Positions 13,789-24,000 of a stretch of DNA of 64,000 nt are shown in pieces (position 1 is the stretch's first letter; every line of letters starts with the position of its first letter). Origin of the DNA: Tubiluchus corallicola (lineage: Eukaryota; Animalia; Priapulida); NCBI GenBank assembly GCA_030141605.1, contig JAQGDQ010000150.1:294627-358626 (forward strand), given 5' to 3'. Position numbers and translations under genes: made by a program. Under the pieces are notes generated by a model. It was not told where the DNA came from and did not search any database. It saw only the letters and a program-made list of their open reading frames with translations.

Positions 13789-14688
13789 CTAGCTATGAGA
13801 ATTTGCATTGTGGATGACAACTTCATACTCACTTTTGAAGGTCAGACCACACAAAGTGCATCTATTTTCTCGTTTGACACCGTGAACATTCCTGACATGA
13901 ACTAGCAGATTATCTCGGCGAGCACATCGCATGTCACATACCTCACACTTATAAGGCTTCTCACCTGTGTGAGAACGTTTATGTCTTGTTAAATCTGCAT
14001 GACTGTTGAAAGGCCGGTGACATTCAGCACATTGCCAAACTGTTTTACGTTCAGAAGTGTCTTTAGTTTGAAAACGACGCTTAGAATTAAATTTACCAGT
14101 AGCAGATTTTGCTGAAGCACGGCTACACTGACTCCCATAAAGCTTGCGACTGGATTTAAGCTGAGAAATCTTGCAAACAAAACTCTTCTTACAAACTGAG
14201 CTAGTAGAATCAGATTGATGGTCACTGAAGCTCTGTGGAGTAATCTCTGCATCACATTCTCTAAGTGCTAAAATACTGCTCTGATCTGAGCACCATTTTG
14301 GTTCATTGCCACAAACAACATTAGCCACTGACTCACTGAAATCTATGGATGAATTTGTTTTCATTTCTTGTAGGCTCTGGTTATCAATGTTTGCAGTGGG
14401 ACAATGATATCCTTTTAATAACAAATTAGATGTTTCTTGCTCTGAACAAGTTTTACCAGTGTTGCTTTCAAAAATTTCTTTTGCCTGAAAATTTTCCAGT
14501 TGGTCAGAGAAATGTTCCGTTTTAACAGAGCTCATGCTAAATTGATCAGAAATGTCAGTAAAATCAGCATGGCACACCAGAATTTTGCAATGCCAGGTCC
14601 TTGTATGAGCAAAAAATATATCCTCTGATATAAAACACTCTGAACAAGCTGTACATTTGAAATAAACATCATCTGCTACATACTCCAT
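13789..14688 (-). CDS. C2H2 zinc-finger protein (~299 aa, single coding exon)
   Basis: N-terminal CxxC..HxxxxH finger plus three C-terminal fingers with HTGEKPY linker; splice acceptor at 14709-14710 makes ATG 14688 (MEYVADD) the likely start; candidate upstream non-coding exon donor near 16983. Confidence 0.85.
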   Translation of the reverse strand: MEYVADDVYFKCTACSECFISEDIFFAHTRTWHCKILVCHADFTDISDQFSMSSVKTEHFSDQLENFQAKEIFESNTGKTCSEQETSNLLLKGYHCPTANIDNQSLQEMKTNSSIDFSESVANVVCGNEPKWCSDQSSILALRECDAEITPQSFSDHQSDSTSSVCKKSFVCKISQLKSSRKLYGSQCSRASAKSATGKFNSKRRFQTKDTSERKTVWQCAECHRPFNSHADLTRHKRSHTGEKPYKCEVCDMRCARRDNLLVHVRNVHGVKRENRCTLCGLTFKSEYEVVIHNANSHS

Positions 14689-14830
14689 TTTTGAATTTCT
14701 AGAGTTGCCTATACAAGAAAAGAAAATAATATACCCTGCAAAGATAAATACCATAAATTAATGAACTGAGACACCTTTTTGACTGGATGCATCAATGAAC
14801 GGAAGAGCCTGAAGTGCACAAATACAAAAT

Positions 14831-15592
14831 TAGGTAAAATGGCACATATGTTGTTTTGACGCAAGTGATTTCTATAATAAAACTAGAATGTGCTCATTAG
14901 AAAGCAGATCTCTGCCTGTACCTGTATTGGTATTATATAGACTAGCAAATCAAAATAAATCTATAATGCATATAAAATGCACAATACACGAATGTTCCGC
15001 ATAACATTTATCTACCTTTTTGGCGATGGTAATAGACTGACAAATGTATACGCATTAACCAAGTCACCTTATAAGGCTATACACATTAATAAGCAAAAGT
15101 TCATAGACAGCATTGCACAGTTTTCCAAGCGAGAATTATTCGAAATGGAACTGGAACTACCTAGATCGTAGTTGTTTGCCCAGGTGGAAAAAAAACAAAA
15201 AAGAAGTACTAAACACACCCTTTGAGACCTCCACGTAGCTTAGTTTTTTTAGTATGTGGCGTTCGGTCAAGTTTTGCGGGAAAAGAACTGGCGAAAAGAT
15301 TCCCATTTTGGCACCTTATACTTTATTTCTTCACAAAGTTTCTTGGAAATATGTTAGATAGCTTTTGCATAATAGGTTTACTGCCATAAAAAACAACCAA
15401 GCAAACAGGTAAGCAAACAAACTGTGTTGAAGTATAACTTCCTTGGCAGAGCTAAAAATAACAAAACAATTATTGCCCACTGTAACCCTAACCCTAAAAT
15501 GTTTTACTAAGGTGCTTTACCACATTTTACCATTTTCAACTACTGTGCCATTTTTACTGTGCCATTTTTTCTGTGCCATTTTACCTACATTC
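14831..15592 (-). mobile_element. Composite repeat: tandem-repeat TIR element carrying a Helentron-associated (HINE-like) insert; copy 1
   Basis: Reverse complement of 25787-26848; ends TAGGTAAAATGGCACA and TGTGCCATTTTACCTACATTC; inner part 14881-15455 bounded by ACTAGAATGTGCTCA and CTTCCTTGGCAGAG. Confidence 0.65.
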
Positions 15593-16329
15593 GGAAAAAT
15601 CAGCTAAATAGGTCTTCCACAGCAGTTGCATATAGCAGAAATAAATCTAAACCATGATATAAGTTTGGATGGATAATACTTGGAAATCTGAATTACTGGT
15701 TAAAGCGAGAATTAGTGCCCTTGCAATGAGGGAAATCCTTTATATGCTTGGAAATTTCATGAAAATCAAAAGTTTGTCATTATGATGTTGGTACTGAAGA
15801 TTTTACACTGTTGGTTTTATGATGAAGAAACAGAAAAGATAAATGCCAACACACAGAAAGAAAGGATTAACTGGTTATTATTTGGAGACAAAATTAATTG
15901 TGCCAAAAACTTTCTATATGAGATAATGAAAAAGAGAAAATGCTAATTAATGATGTATGTACGACTTGAGCAGTTTATTGTTACAGCTGAATGATAGTCT
16001 TTTTTGCCAATCTAGACTGAGGCAAAACGGTCAAGGCACTGAACCTGAACCTGAGTAGATAAAATTCTGATGAGAGTTAACAATGCTCCTATACGCCATA
16101 AACCTATAATTATATTAATTTCATCGTTCTTTGGATCTACAAAACTTACTTTAGCAAGGAGAGAGTACCAAATCCAAGCACGTTCGTGCAACCTCAGCTC
16201 TTCAGTGGTTCAGGCTCCTCTTCACCGTTTCCAAAATGAGCACAACCTAAGTGTGCAAGTACAAAATTATTTTCTTCTGACATAATTCTATGGTCATTCC
16301 CAGTTCTGCACACAAATGTCACCCTTCCA

Positions 16330-16790
16330 ACTTATTACATTTCCTTGTAACTTCTATATGTTTTCTCTTGATTCCAGTATTTCTCTGCTCTTACTAATCG
16401 TTGAAATATATCTATTTCTGTTAATAGCCTCTATCCATACATTATACTTATTTATTATTGCTTCCGATTTCTCACAACTTAGTACATGACCTGTTATACC
16501 TTCTTGAATCCTGCACGTAGGACACAATAAACCTTCCTGTTTATTTACCTTATTATGACATTTCAATTTTTCATATTAAATATTTTGACAACTTTCATTA
16601 TATTTACTGAATCAGCAAGGCCACACTCAAGAAATCTTAATTTTGTCATACTCTGTACTTTAATAATTGTCTTGATGTTCTAGTAACATTTCTTGGCTTA
16701 TAGTTCTTTATTTCTCTTTTCGATGTTGATTTTTTAATTTTTCTATTTATTATTTGCTTCACCTTATCTTTCTTCCGTACTTATCTAACT
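16330..16790 (-). mobile_element. Degenerate LINE 3' fragment
   Basis: CPTCRIQEGITGHVLSC is a CCHC-like C-terminal motif of non-LTR ORF2. Confidence 0.4.
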
Positions 16791-17236
16791 TGGGATGGCA
16801 CAACAAGAAAGGTTAAAAAATCAGAAAGATACAGTCGAATTTACTTTGCATAAAAAACAATCATATATTCGTAAAATAAGCCTATCAAATTCATCAAATT
16901 CACTCACTTAAGCTCAGCGCTAGTGCTACTGCTGGCTGCTACCTAAAACAGTTGAAGAAATCTTTTTACGCGCTGATACCTACCACAAGTTGAGTTCAGT
17001 TCTGTTCAATGCCTAGACCTTATTGTATTGATGAGCATTCAAACCTGATACTCGGCTGAAAGTAAAAAAATACACAAACTTATACAAGGTTTGCAATTCA
17101 TATCTCACGACGTTTTCTTCACAATATAGATTATACACTTTGATTACACCACCAACGCGAAATGTGAAGTGATACTTTGCTTTGTTGGGCGCTGTTTGGG
17201 GCACTGGCCCATAACTCAGCTTAAAAATAGTAACCC

Positions 17237-17984
17237 TTGTTAGGCGTCGAGTAATCCACTAGCCGAAGTCGGACAACGACGCACATGGGCTAGCCCAAGT
17301 AGGACGTGTCGTACATTGGCTGCCCAAGTAGGACACTAGAGCAGGTCACAAATTGAGTCGTTAACCGTACTGGCAGCACCCGTTGTCCTTGTTTATTTAA
17401 TAACAATAATTGAAAACGTCAAAAACGTTGAATAATTTATTATACATCTAGTAAAATAAAAGAATCTTATTTTGAGTTAGCAAAACAGCCAATATTAAAT
17501 TTGGTTTCGATATTAATCTTTTTGAAGTGAAATAAGCCCACTTCTTAGACGATTCCAACATTTGCTTAAAGTATGTCATTTTTATTTTGTCTCGCTTCAC
17601 AGACAGGTGATCCGTTTCACTACATCTTGGACAGATAATTTTTTCTACTAAGTAAACGGGCTAGCGAGCTATGTGCCCTACATAGTTTCTCTCTTTCAAA
17701 CATTAGATACTTAGTTTAACATTATGATGATGTTAATGGGCTAATAATAATGGTGATATTATTGTAAAAAATACATTGTAAATTGTCAAGAGTATCCAAC
17801 ATTATTATAAAGTTACTTTTTTCTAAAACAAATTTAGTTTTACGTTTCGTTATGTCATAATTCTCGATAGAAATCGCCAGTGTCCTACTTGGGCTGCCCA
17901 TGTGCGACACTACTTTTCCACAAATTTAGCACGTTTTACCGGAAGTGTCCTACTTCGGCTAGTGGATTACTCGGCGCCCAACAA
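17237..17984. mobile_element. MITE with ~40-bp TIRs
   Basis: TTGTTAGGCGTCGAGTAATCCACTAGCCGAAGTCGGACA versus TGTCCTACTTCGGCTAGTGGATTACTCGGCGCCCAACAA; CCC on both flanks; subterminal GCCCAAGTAGGAC repeats on both sides. Confidence 0.75.
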
Positions 17985-18230
17985 CCCACACCGTGATTCA
18001 TATGCAAAATCACTGATCAGTGACTAATGAATTTTTGTTAGCACTTAAATATTACATTGCAGGCAAATGATACAAACCTGTGATGCTGTTACATGTACTC
18101 CCAAGTGACCCGTGCTGGCCTAACTGAATTTCATAATTGCTTATCACACACGTTCACTGTGGAATGTGCTTCCTATTCAACCCTGCAGCTAATAAGTTTT
18201 AAGCAGGGTTTAGCATTGCTTTCATAAATA

Positions 18231-18497
18231 TTATGGTAAATGTTGTAGATATTTGCTCACTTCTCTATCCTCCTCCCCAAAGATGTAGTTGAACGTGATT
18301 ATTGTCTGTTGCCTATCATCTTCTTCCTCCACGGCGCGACGTATGGTTGTGATTATGGCTACGAGATTCCGGTACTCCCACGGTGTCAGTCTCACCTCTG
18401 GAAGTTTGGGTAGCGAGAACCCGCCCATTCTCTTTTGTTTTCCGATTCTCATTGCAACGTCGCACCAAGCCGTGCTTGACCTATCTAAATTGGTCAT
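18231..18497 (-). CDS. PC4/Sub1-like ssDNA-binding / coactivator protein (viral-type, possibly a pseudogene)
   Basis: VAMRIGKQKRMGGFSLPKLPEVRLTPWEYRNL aligns by eye to the PC4 core VDIRxxxxxxGxxLPxKKGISLTxEQWxxL. Confidence 0.45.
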   Translation of the reverse strand: MTNLDRSSTAWCDVAMRIGKQKRMGGFSLPKLPEVRLTPWEYRNLVAIITTIRRAVEEEDDRQQTIITFNYIFGEEDREVSKYLQHLP

Positions 18498-18567
18498 GTA
18501 TCGCTTGCATTACAAGACCTTTAGTGCTGTCGAAATGAAGAGACTGGCTCCCCAGGTCCTAATCTAT

Positions 18568-18775
18568 CTCTAACCCTAACCCTAACTCTAGCTGCTAACC
18601 CTAACCTAGCTGCTGACCCTAACCCTAACCCTAATCTGTCTCTAGCTCGCCCTTCCAAATAATGGACATCCCTAACCCTAACCCTAACCCAAACTTTATC
18701 CCTCTAAATAACGGAACTCGTTCGAGTGATACGAGCGATGGTCGACCCCAACCCTAACCCCAACCCCATCCCTAA
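18568..18775 (+). repeat. Degenerate telomere-like (CCCTAA)n array
   Basis: Runs of CCCTAA/CCCCAA interspersed with CTAGCTGCT units. Confidence 0.9.
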
Positions 18776-18776
18776 T

Positions 18777-19170
18777 TTAGCGACAAAACGAAAGGTACTT
18801 CTCGCGTTGTTGCTGCTGTTGGCGGTTTCTGTTGAAATCCGTCTTTGCCGTCTTTCCCAGCAGAGTTATGGGTATGCTTATTTCTTTCAGATATTCGGAG
18901 AATCTGACCAACCACGCAGTGGCGCCATCTTTTCGCTGGTTACCGCATAATTTATCAAATCCACTAAGTGCGAACCGTTCACTGCACGTCCTGCACGTAC
19001 CAAACGACCGACTTCGTCCCAACGAGTGTGGTGAGCCTCCAAAAAGGAGAGCCTAAAAAATTCATCGCATCTCCATCGGCCCATTTTAACAAATCCCTCC
19101 TCTGGTGGGAACTGGTGCGAGCCAACTGTCGGAGAAACGGTTTGTATCGTCTGATGCGACCCGATGTCAT
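18777..19170 (-). pseudogene. Fused relics of two Polinton-type conserved ORFs
   Basis: MTSGRIRRYKPFLRQLARTSSHQRRDLLKWAD (ATG 19170), then WDEVGRLVRAGRAVNGSHLVDLINYAV...RGW / FSEYLKEISIPITLLGK over frameshifts; resembles the Polinton WNxxGELxxxGxxIxGSNIxDL...GWxxF protein. Confidence 0.55.
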
Positions 19171-19250
19171 TCTGACTGATGCTGGCAGTAACGACGGCAA
19201 CGAGGAACCGTCGATGGTTCGGTGGCTCACGCACCGCGATTTTGCTTATC

Positions 19251-19819
19251 TCATTTTTGGGGCAGGAAGACCATCTGCGGGGCTTCGTGTGGAAATATGG
19301 CGTTTCCTGTCGCAAATCGAAAAGCACATAAGAAAATGACACCGTCATGGCACGTTCGAATGTGTCCACAAAAGATTTCGTTTTACCCGGATACTTTTGC
19401 CTACCCAACATTTCCAATCGCATGTTGTCGCGCGGATTTTTGAATAAAACTAGGTAGTGCATGTTTAGACTGCGAGTACGCGATTCTTTGCTCTGCTGAA
19501 AAAGATTTTGCGTGATGAAAACCACGAAACGGCTTGTGGTGTGCTAGCTTCGTGAACATGTCCATCATCCGTTTCGAGGAGGCCAGTTCGGTCATCATGT
19601 CATCCACCACCACTAAATCTCCCGTTCGTATTTCCACATTTATGTCCTTGCTGCACTCCACCCGACGCAATTCTTCGTCGGATGGCGGAGATTGGGATAT
19701 CAAACAACACGCTCCTATATAGGACGAGATTTTTCACAAAAGTGGTTTTCCCGGCATGAGTGGGTCCAACCACCAACATGGTGCTGCCAAATTTCAGACT
19801 GGCATCAAAAGTTAATCAT
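19251..19819 (-). pseudogene. A32/FtsK-like DNA-packaging ATPase of Polinton type, frameshifted
   Basis: FDASLKFGSTMLVVGPTHAGKTTFVKNL (Walker A), LVVVDDMM (Walker B), FTKLAHH, VFITQNLF, SLNMHYLVLFKNPRD, LGRQKYPG, DLRQETP, IFPHEAPQMVFLPQK*; spread over several frames. Confidence 0.9.
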
Positions 19820-19980
19820 CCTGCTAATTGTTCAATTAATTAATTAATTGAGTAAATAATTAAATTTTTACCCGTTAAATTGCGTTAAACGTATCCACCC
19901 GCGCAAGATTGGTGGCACCGGCGATAATAGAGCAGTGCAGAAGTTCACCTTCGAGAAAGTCAAGTCATTGCTCTTTGAAA

Positions 19981-20208
19981 ACAACCAGAAGAATATCGTC
20001 ATTGTTGGTAAACTGATCACCATGGATGAGTGAATCGGACGATGAGGATGAGGGAATGTTGGAGTATTCGGAGTTAGACGCCATTCTACGACAAACCAGC
20101 AGAAACAGGATCGCGTATGTCAAGGGACTCGAGATGTACAAATTCGTCAAAAAACATCTACCCAAAAATCGCGTAGTGATACTCATAGAGGATCTACAAA
20201 ACGAATGA
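19981..20208 (+). pseudogene. Polinton-associated putative exonuclease-like ORF relic
   Basis: YRHCW*TDHHG, then YSELDAILRQTSRNRIAYVKGLEMYKFV...VILIEDL, matching from memory the WLTxxHHGL...YVKGxEK...NLED family seen in Polinton-like elements. Confidence 0.45.
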
Positions 20209-20538
20209 CCACCGCCGGCCATACGATGGCAGAGCAATGGATGAGGCAGAGCAATCCGGGCAGCCAAAACCTTGGCCAACTATCTACTAATTCTACGATC
20301 AGAACAGTCAACATCGTCGCCATGACTTCGTTCGCGCACCGTTTCGATTTGAAGCAGCTACAAGCCAGAATGGGCAGAAAACGCTACACTTGGAGACCGA
20401 AATGCTTGTGGTGAAATGAGGGGGTGGCACGCTGATGATTTTCGTCTCCGGATCGATGGTGATCAATGGTTTTTCGCAGAAACGAAAACTAGAAAATTCC
20501 ATCATCGAACTCTCTAAACGTCACAGACTGACACTTGC

Positions 20539-23051
20539 CAGTGGCGTCGTGTTATAGGGGCCCGGGCCCCCTCAATTTTTTTAGAAAATGTCAAAATGGC
20601 AAACGGTAAGCAAATTTATTTCCGACTTTTTGACACACAATAGCGGGCCAGCGCTCCATAAATGCGAACAGTATGAGCGTTTCGGTACAGTAGCCCAATC
20701 ATTAAAGTTTCTCGCCGAGTTAAATTATTCTGACTGTTAATACGTGCCTGACCAGACGTGCTTACCTGAAAGTCAGGATGCAGTTAATTTGTTTGCATGT
20801 AATCTATTCAGGAGGCAGGCAGGAACAGTTAACAAAAAAGCTCGTTGAGTAGCATTAGCGTCTTTGCACAAAAGACTGTTAGTTAACAAAACGGCTCAGT
20901 TAGCACTCGAGCTTCGTTCAGCAGTGTGTTATAATAGTGAACAAGTGAAACAGTAGAGCAAAAACAATGCAAACATTGAAGTCATGTTGAGCTAGCCTAG
21001 TACCAGAGAGTCGGTTTGGGAGATACAAATTGATGAGCCACCTCCTGATTGGACATTACCGACTCTTTGCTACTCCTTAGCGACTCTTTCCCACGAGTTT
21101 GCTGCATAAAAGGGCGTGATTTTGAGCACATTTCATCATTTTTCTGCTGCTAGAAGAATCTCTGCGATTTTAGCTGCTTATTTGCTCATTTATTGCACTG
21201 TTGTTTCATCTTGTTGACAAACAGGAATTTTCACGTGATTCTATATTTCTTAAATGATGTCAAGGCAGTCCAATCTGACTTCATTTTTCAAGTCCAACCG
21301 TATTCCCGACCCAGGTTCTACGGCCACAACACTCATCCCCGTATCCAGCGTGTCTGTATCTACTGTAACATCGGTCAGCCAGTCTGAAGCCCCTAAAGGC
21401 AACACGTCCTCTTGCACAAATCTTCTGATTCCAACAGAACGAATCCAAAATGATGAGTACATTCGTCGCGGGACGTAGTGGATGCATACCCAAAGACCAA
21501 AATGGGAGGAAAATCGAGATCATTTCAGGGTCAGTGGTTCAACGATAGGTCCTGGTTGGCATACGTAAAGGATATTGATGCTGCATTCTGTTTCCCGTGT
21601 CGACCGAGTGATCTGATGATCCTTGCAGTTGAGGCTGAGAAAACAAAGAATATGGAGCTCTTCTGGAGTGATGTTCTGTGTCGATAGTACAAATTTTTAG
21701 TGCATTAATTCATATGGGTGACGGCAGAAACACGTACAGAAATATCCTACTAAATGCCCACCTGAGCTCTGGCTAGTATTGGCGTGGATCATGCGTTGCA
21801 AATATCGGGTGCAAGTAACACCCCAATCTAATGAGCTTGCATTTGATACCTGTATCCCGATAATTGTGCTGCCGAATCATTTAAAAATAACGTTTGTTGT
21901 TTTTTTCAACATCTTCATCTTACCTCGGAATAAAAAGTTTAGTAATTATTAAAAATATTAAGTTAAAGGTACATATGTTTTGGTAGTCGTCTTTTTGCCG
22001 AATCTTTGGATTCCTGACAGCTAATAAATACTTAATTAAATTTTAATTAAGTTTCCGTTGCTATAGCTTTAAGTTAAATGCCAGTTGGGAATAAATAAAT
22101 CGTTTTTCTTGCACGCAAAATACTGTGTGGGAATTCAAAAGGCGCTATTACACTTTCGCACCGCCTAGCTTTTTCTAGGTTATTGCTCGTTTTTAGGCTC
22201 GTAAGTCATCATTCTAGGCGCTATTACACTTTCGCACCGCCTAGCTTTTTCTAGGTTATTACTAGTTTTTAGGCTCGTAAGTCATCATTCTATTATTCTT
22301 ACGTCATCAGTGAATGTTTCCGCTAATCTAATTGTAATTTAATAATATATTTAGGTATAATTACCAATAATTACGCTGTATTCACAGTTCTACACCTATA
22401 CAGGGCGTATCGCCACCTTGTTTGTGTGTGTAGTCACGTGACGAATTTCGTACTAGTTTATGCATTATCAGGGCCTAGCTTAAAAGGCACGTGACACACT
22501 TTCATCTTCACCGCATTTACGAAATAAAGAAAAAACCTTTACTTTTTTTATAATCTAATAGTAATAATACTGCAGTAATAAATAAAATTAATGATAAATA
22601 ACTGCAGTGGTCTAAAATAATTTCCCGCGATACGATACAAACTACCGTAGCTGCAACCCTAATAATCATAAATTATGCGAAGAAACTAAAAATACAGGTT
22701 AAGGGACACATACGTCACTGCGCGAGAGCGATTGCGCATCAGTGGTGTAAACACGGTTATTCACGTGCAGCTTTTAATGGCGGCTGTAGGTAAGTAATGC
22801 ATGATTTTAATCTGATTTTAATCTGGACTTATAAAGCGCAAGAAGCAATAATATTATGGGAATCTGGTGTATATTACGCCTGTTGGTCTGCTTTCTGGCC
22901 TGCAGGCGTGAAAACAACCAATAGGCCAGGAAAAGCTAGGCGGTGCGAAAGTGTAATAGCGCCATTCAAAATTATACGTTTTTTAAACAGTTAAGTTCCG
23001 CCATTATATACAGTCGAGCCCCCTAATTTTTTTTGGTGCACGACGCCCCTG
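20539..23051 (+). mobile_element. Internally deleted hAT transposon with TTF-type zinc-finger relic
   Basis: TIRs CAGTGGCGTCGTG / CACGACGCCCCTG; target duplication CACTTGC(C) at 20532 and 23052; ORF relic RSFQGQWFNDRSWLAYVKDIDAAFCFPCR (ZnF_TTF) joined to SDLMILAVE (hAT C-terminal-like). Confidence 0.85.
22141..22963. mobile_element. Non-autonomous Merlin-like DNA element nested in the hAT
   Basis: TIR GGCGCTATTACACTTTCGCACCGCCTAGCTTTT at both ends; 8-bp TSD ATTCAAAA (22133-22140, 22964-22971); GG termini with 8-bp TSD fit Merlin. Confidence 0.8.
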
Positions 23052-23856
23052 CACTTGCCGCACCTGCAGTAGTACAAACCGTCACCACCAGTGCCAAACT
23101 TCCCTGCACTTTATCGTGAACTCTTAAAGTTACCGTGTTGTTTTAACGATGTGTTTTACGAAGTAGAACTTTTTCCCAAATTAACTTGTAAATGTCGTCA
23201 GATCACGCCAAACGTTTTCCACACTGGAAGCGTAATAATGATGGGCAGAGCAGAGTTGCGAGATTCCTCGCATGCTTTTGTTAAATTTAAAGATTTCGCA
23301 TACGAAAAAAATGTTTACTTGCCTGCTTAACGAATGTCATATGTAACTGTAGAATTAATGATTTCGTATCGCATAAACGAATGACATATATATGTAATTG
23401 TATAACGAAATGCGTAGAATCTTAATAATAATTATTATTTTGTATTACATGAGCAAATGTAGAAATGCATAATCAACTGTGTAGAATTTAATAATTATAG
23501 ATACGTGTAATCAAATGTAGAAACGCGTAATCGAATGTATTCATTTATACTTGAACAATAAATATTTATGAAAATGTGAATTTGATGTTTGAAGAACTAT
23601 TTCAATTGCTCTCTCTCTCCTCTCTCTCTAAAACAAAATTTTCACCAAAATGTTCAATTAAACAGCATGCTCTAACATGCACGTATTTCGCAATCATAAA
23701 ACCGATTACATAAGATCGTGACTCAACCTTAGAGTAACCACGCATGCGCAAACCTACATCACTCACACCACATTAAACAACAAGATGGAGAAAGCTGCTA
23801 CAATAAGCACACATGCGCAAATCTACAACACATTTCACAACAAGTTAGTGATAGAG

Positions 23857-24000
23857 CTAGGGTTAGGGTTAGCAGCTAGAGTTAGGGTTAGGGTTAGAGC
23901 TAGGGTTAAGGTTAGCAGCTAGAGCTAGGATTAACAGCTAGGGCTAGAGCTAGGATTAGGGTTTGCAGCTAGGGTTAGAGCTAGGAATAGGGTTGAAGGG
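23857..24000 (+). repeat. Degenerate telomere-like (TTAGGG)n array
   Basis: TTAGGG runs interspersed with AGCAGCTAG/AGCTAG; reverse-complement match to the 18568-18640 array. Confidence 0.9.

Larger units (their letters stand above)
20205..23330 (+). pseudogene. TBP-like (TATA-binding protein) gene, intronless, split by a hAT insertion (parts 20205-20538 and 23059-23330)
   Basis: Repeat 1: IRTVNIVAMTSFAHRFDLKQL...MLVVK*GGGTLMIFVSGSMVINGF; repeat 2: VVQTVTTSAKL...VFYEVELFPKLTCK...NVFHTGSVIMMG (cf. TBP NIVST..LDL, ALIFSSGKMVCTG, YEPELFPGL, IFVSGKVVLTG). Removing the insertion and one target copy joins the frame (LTLAAPAVVQT). Confidence 0.85.

Noticed and set aside
14689-14754. Hydrophobic N-terminal extension of the zinc-finger ORF
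   Set aside because: Largely the intron polypyrimidine tract upstream of the acceptor at 14709-14710.
18568-18775. True telomere or chromosome-fusion scar
   Set aside because: Arrays are short, degenerate and in CCCTAA...TTAGGG order around viral genes, not head-to-head TTAGGG/CCCTAA as in a fusion.
20205-23330. Host TBP gene with a 2.5-kb intron
   Set aside because: The interruption has TIRs and a target duplication, not GT-AG ends, and the protein is far too divergent for canonical TBP.
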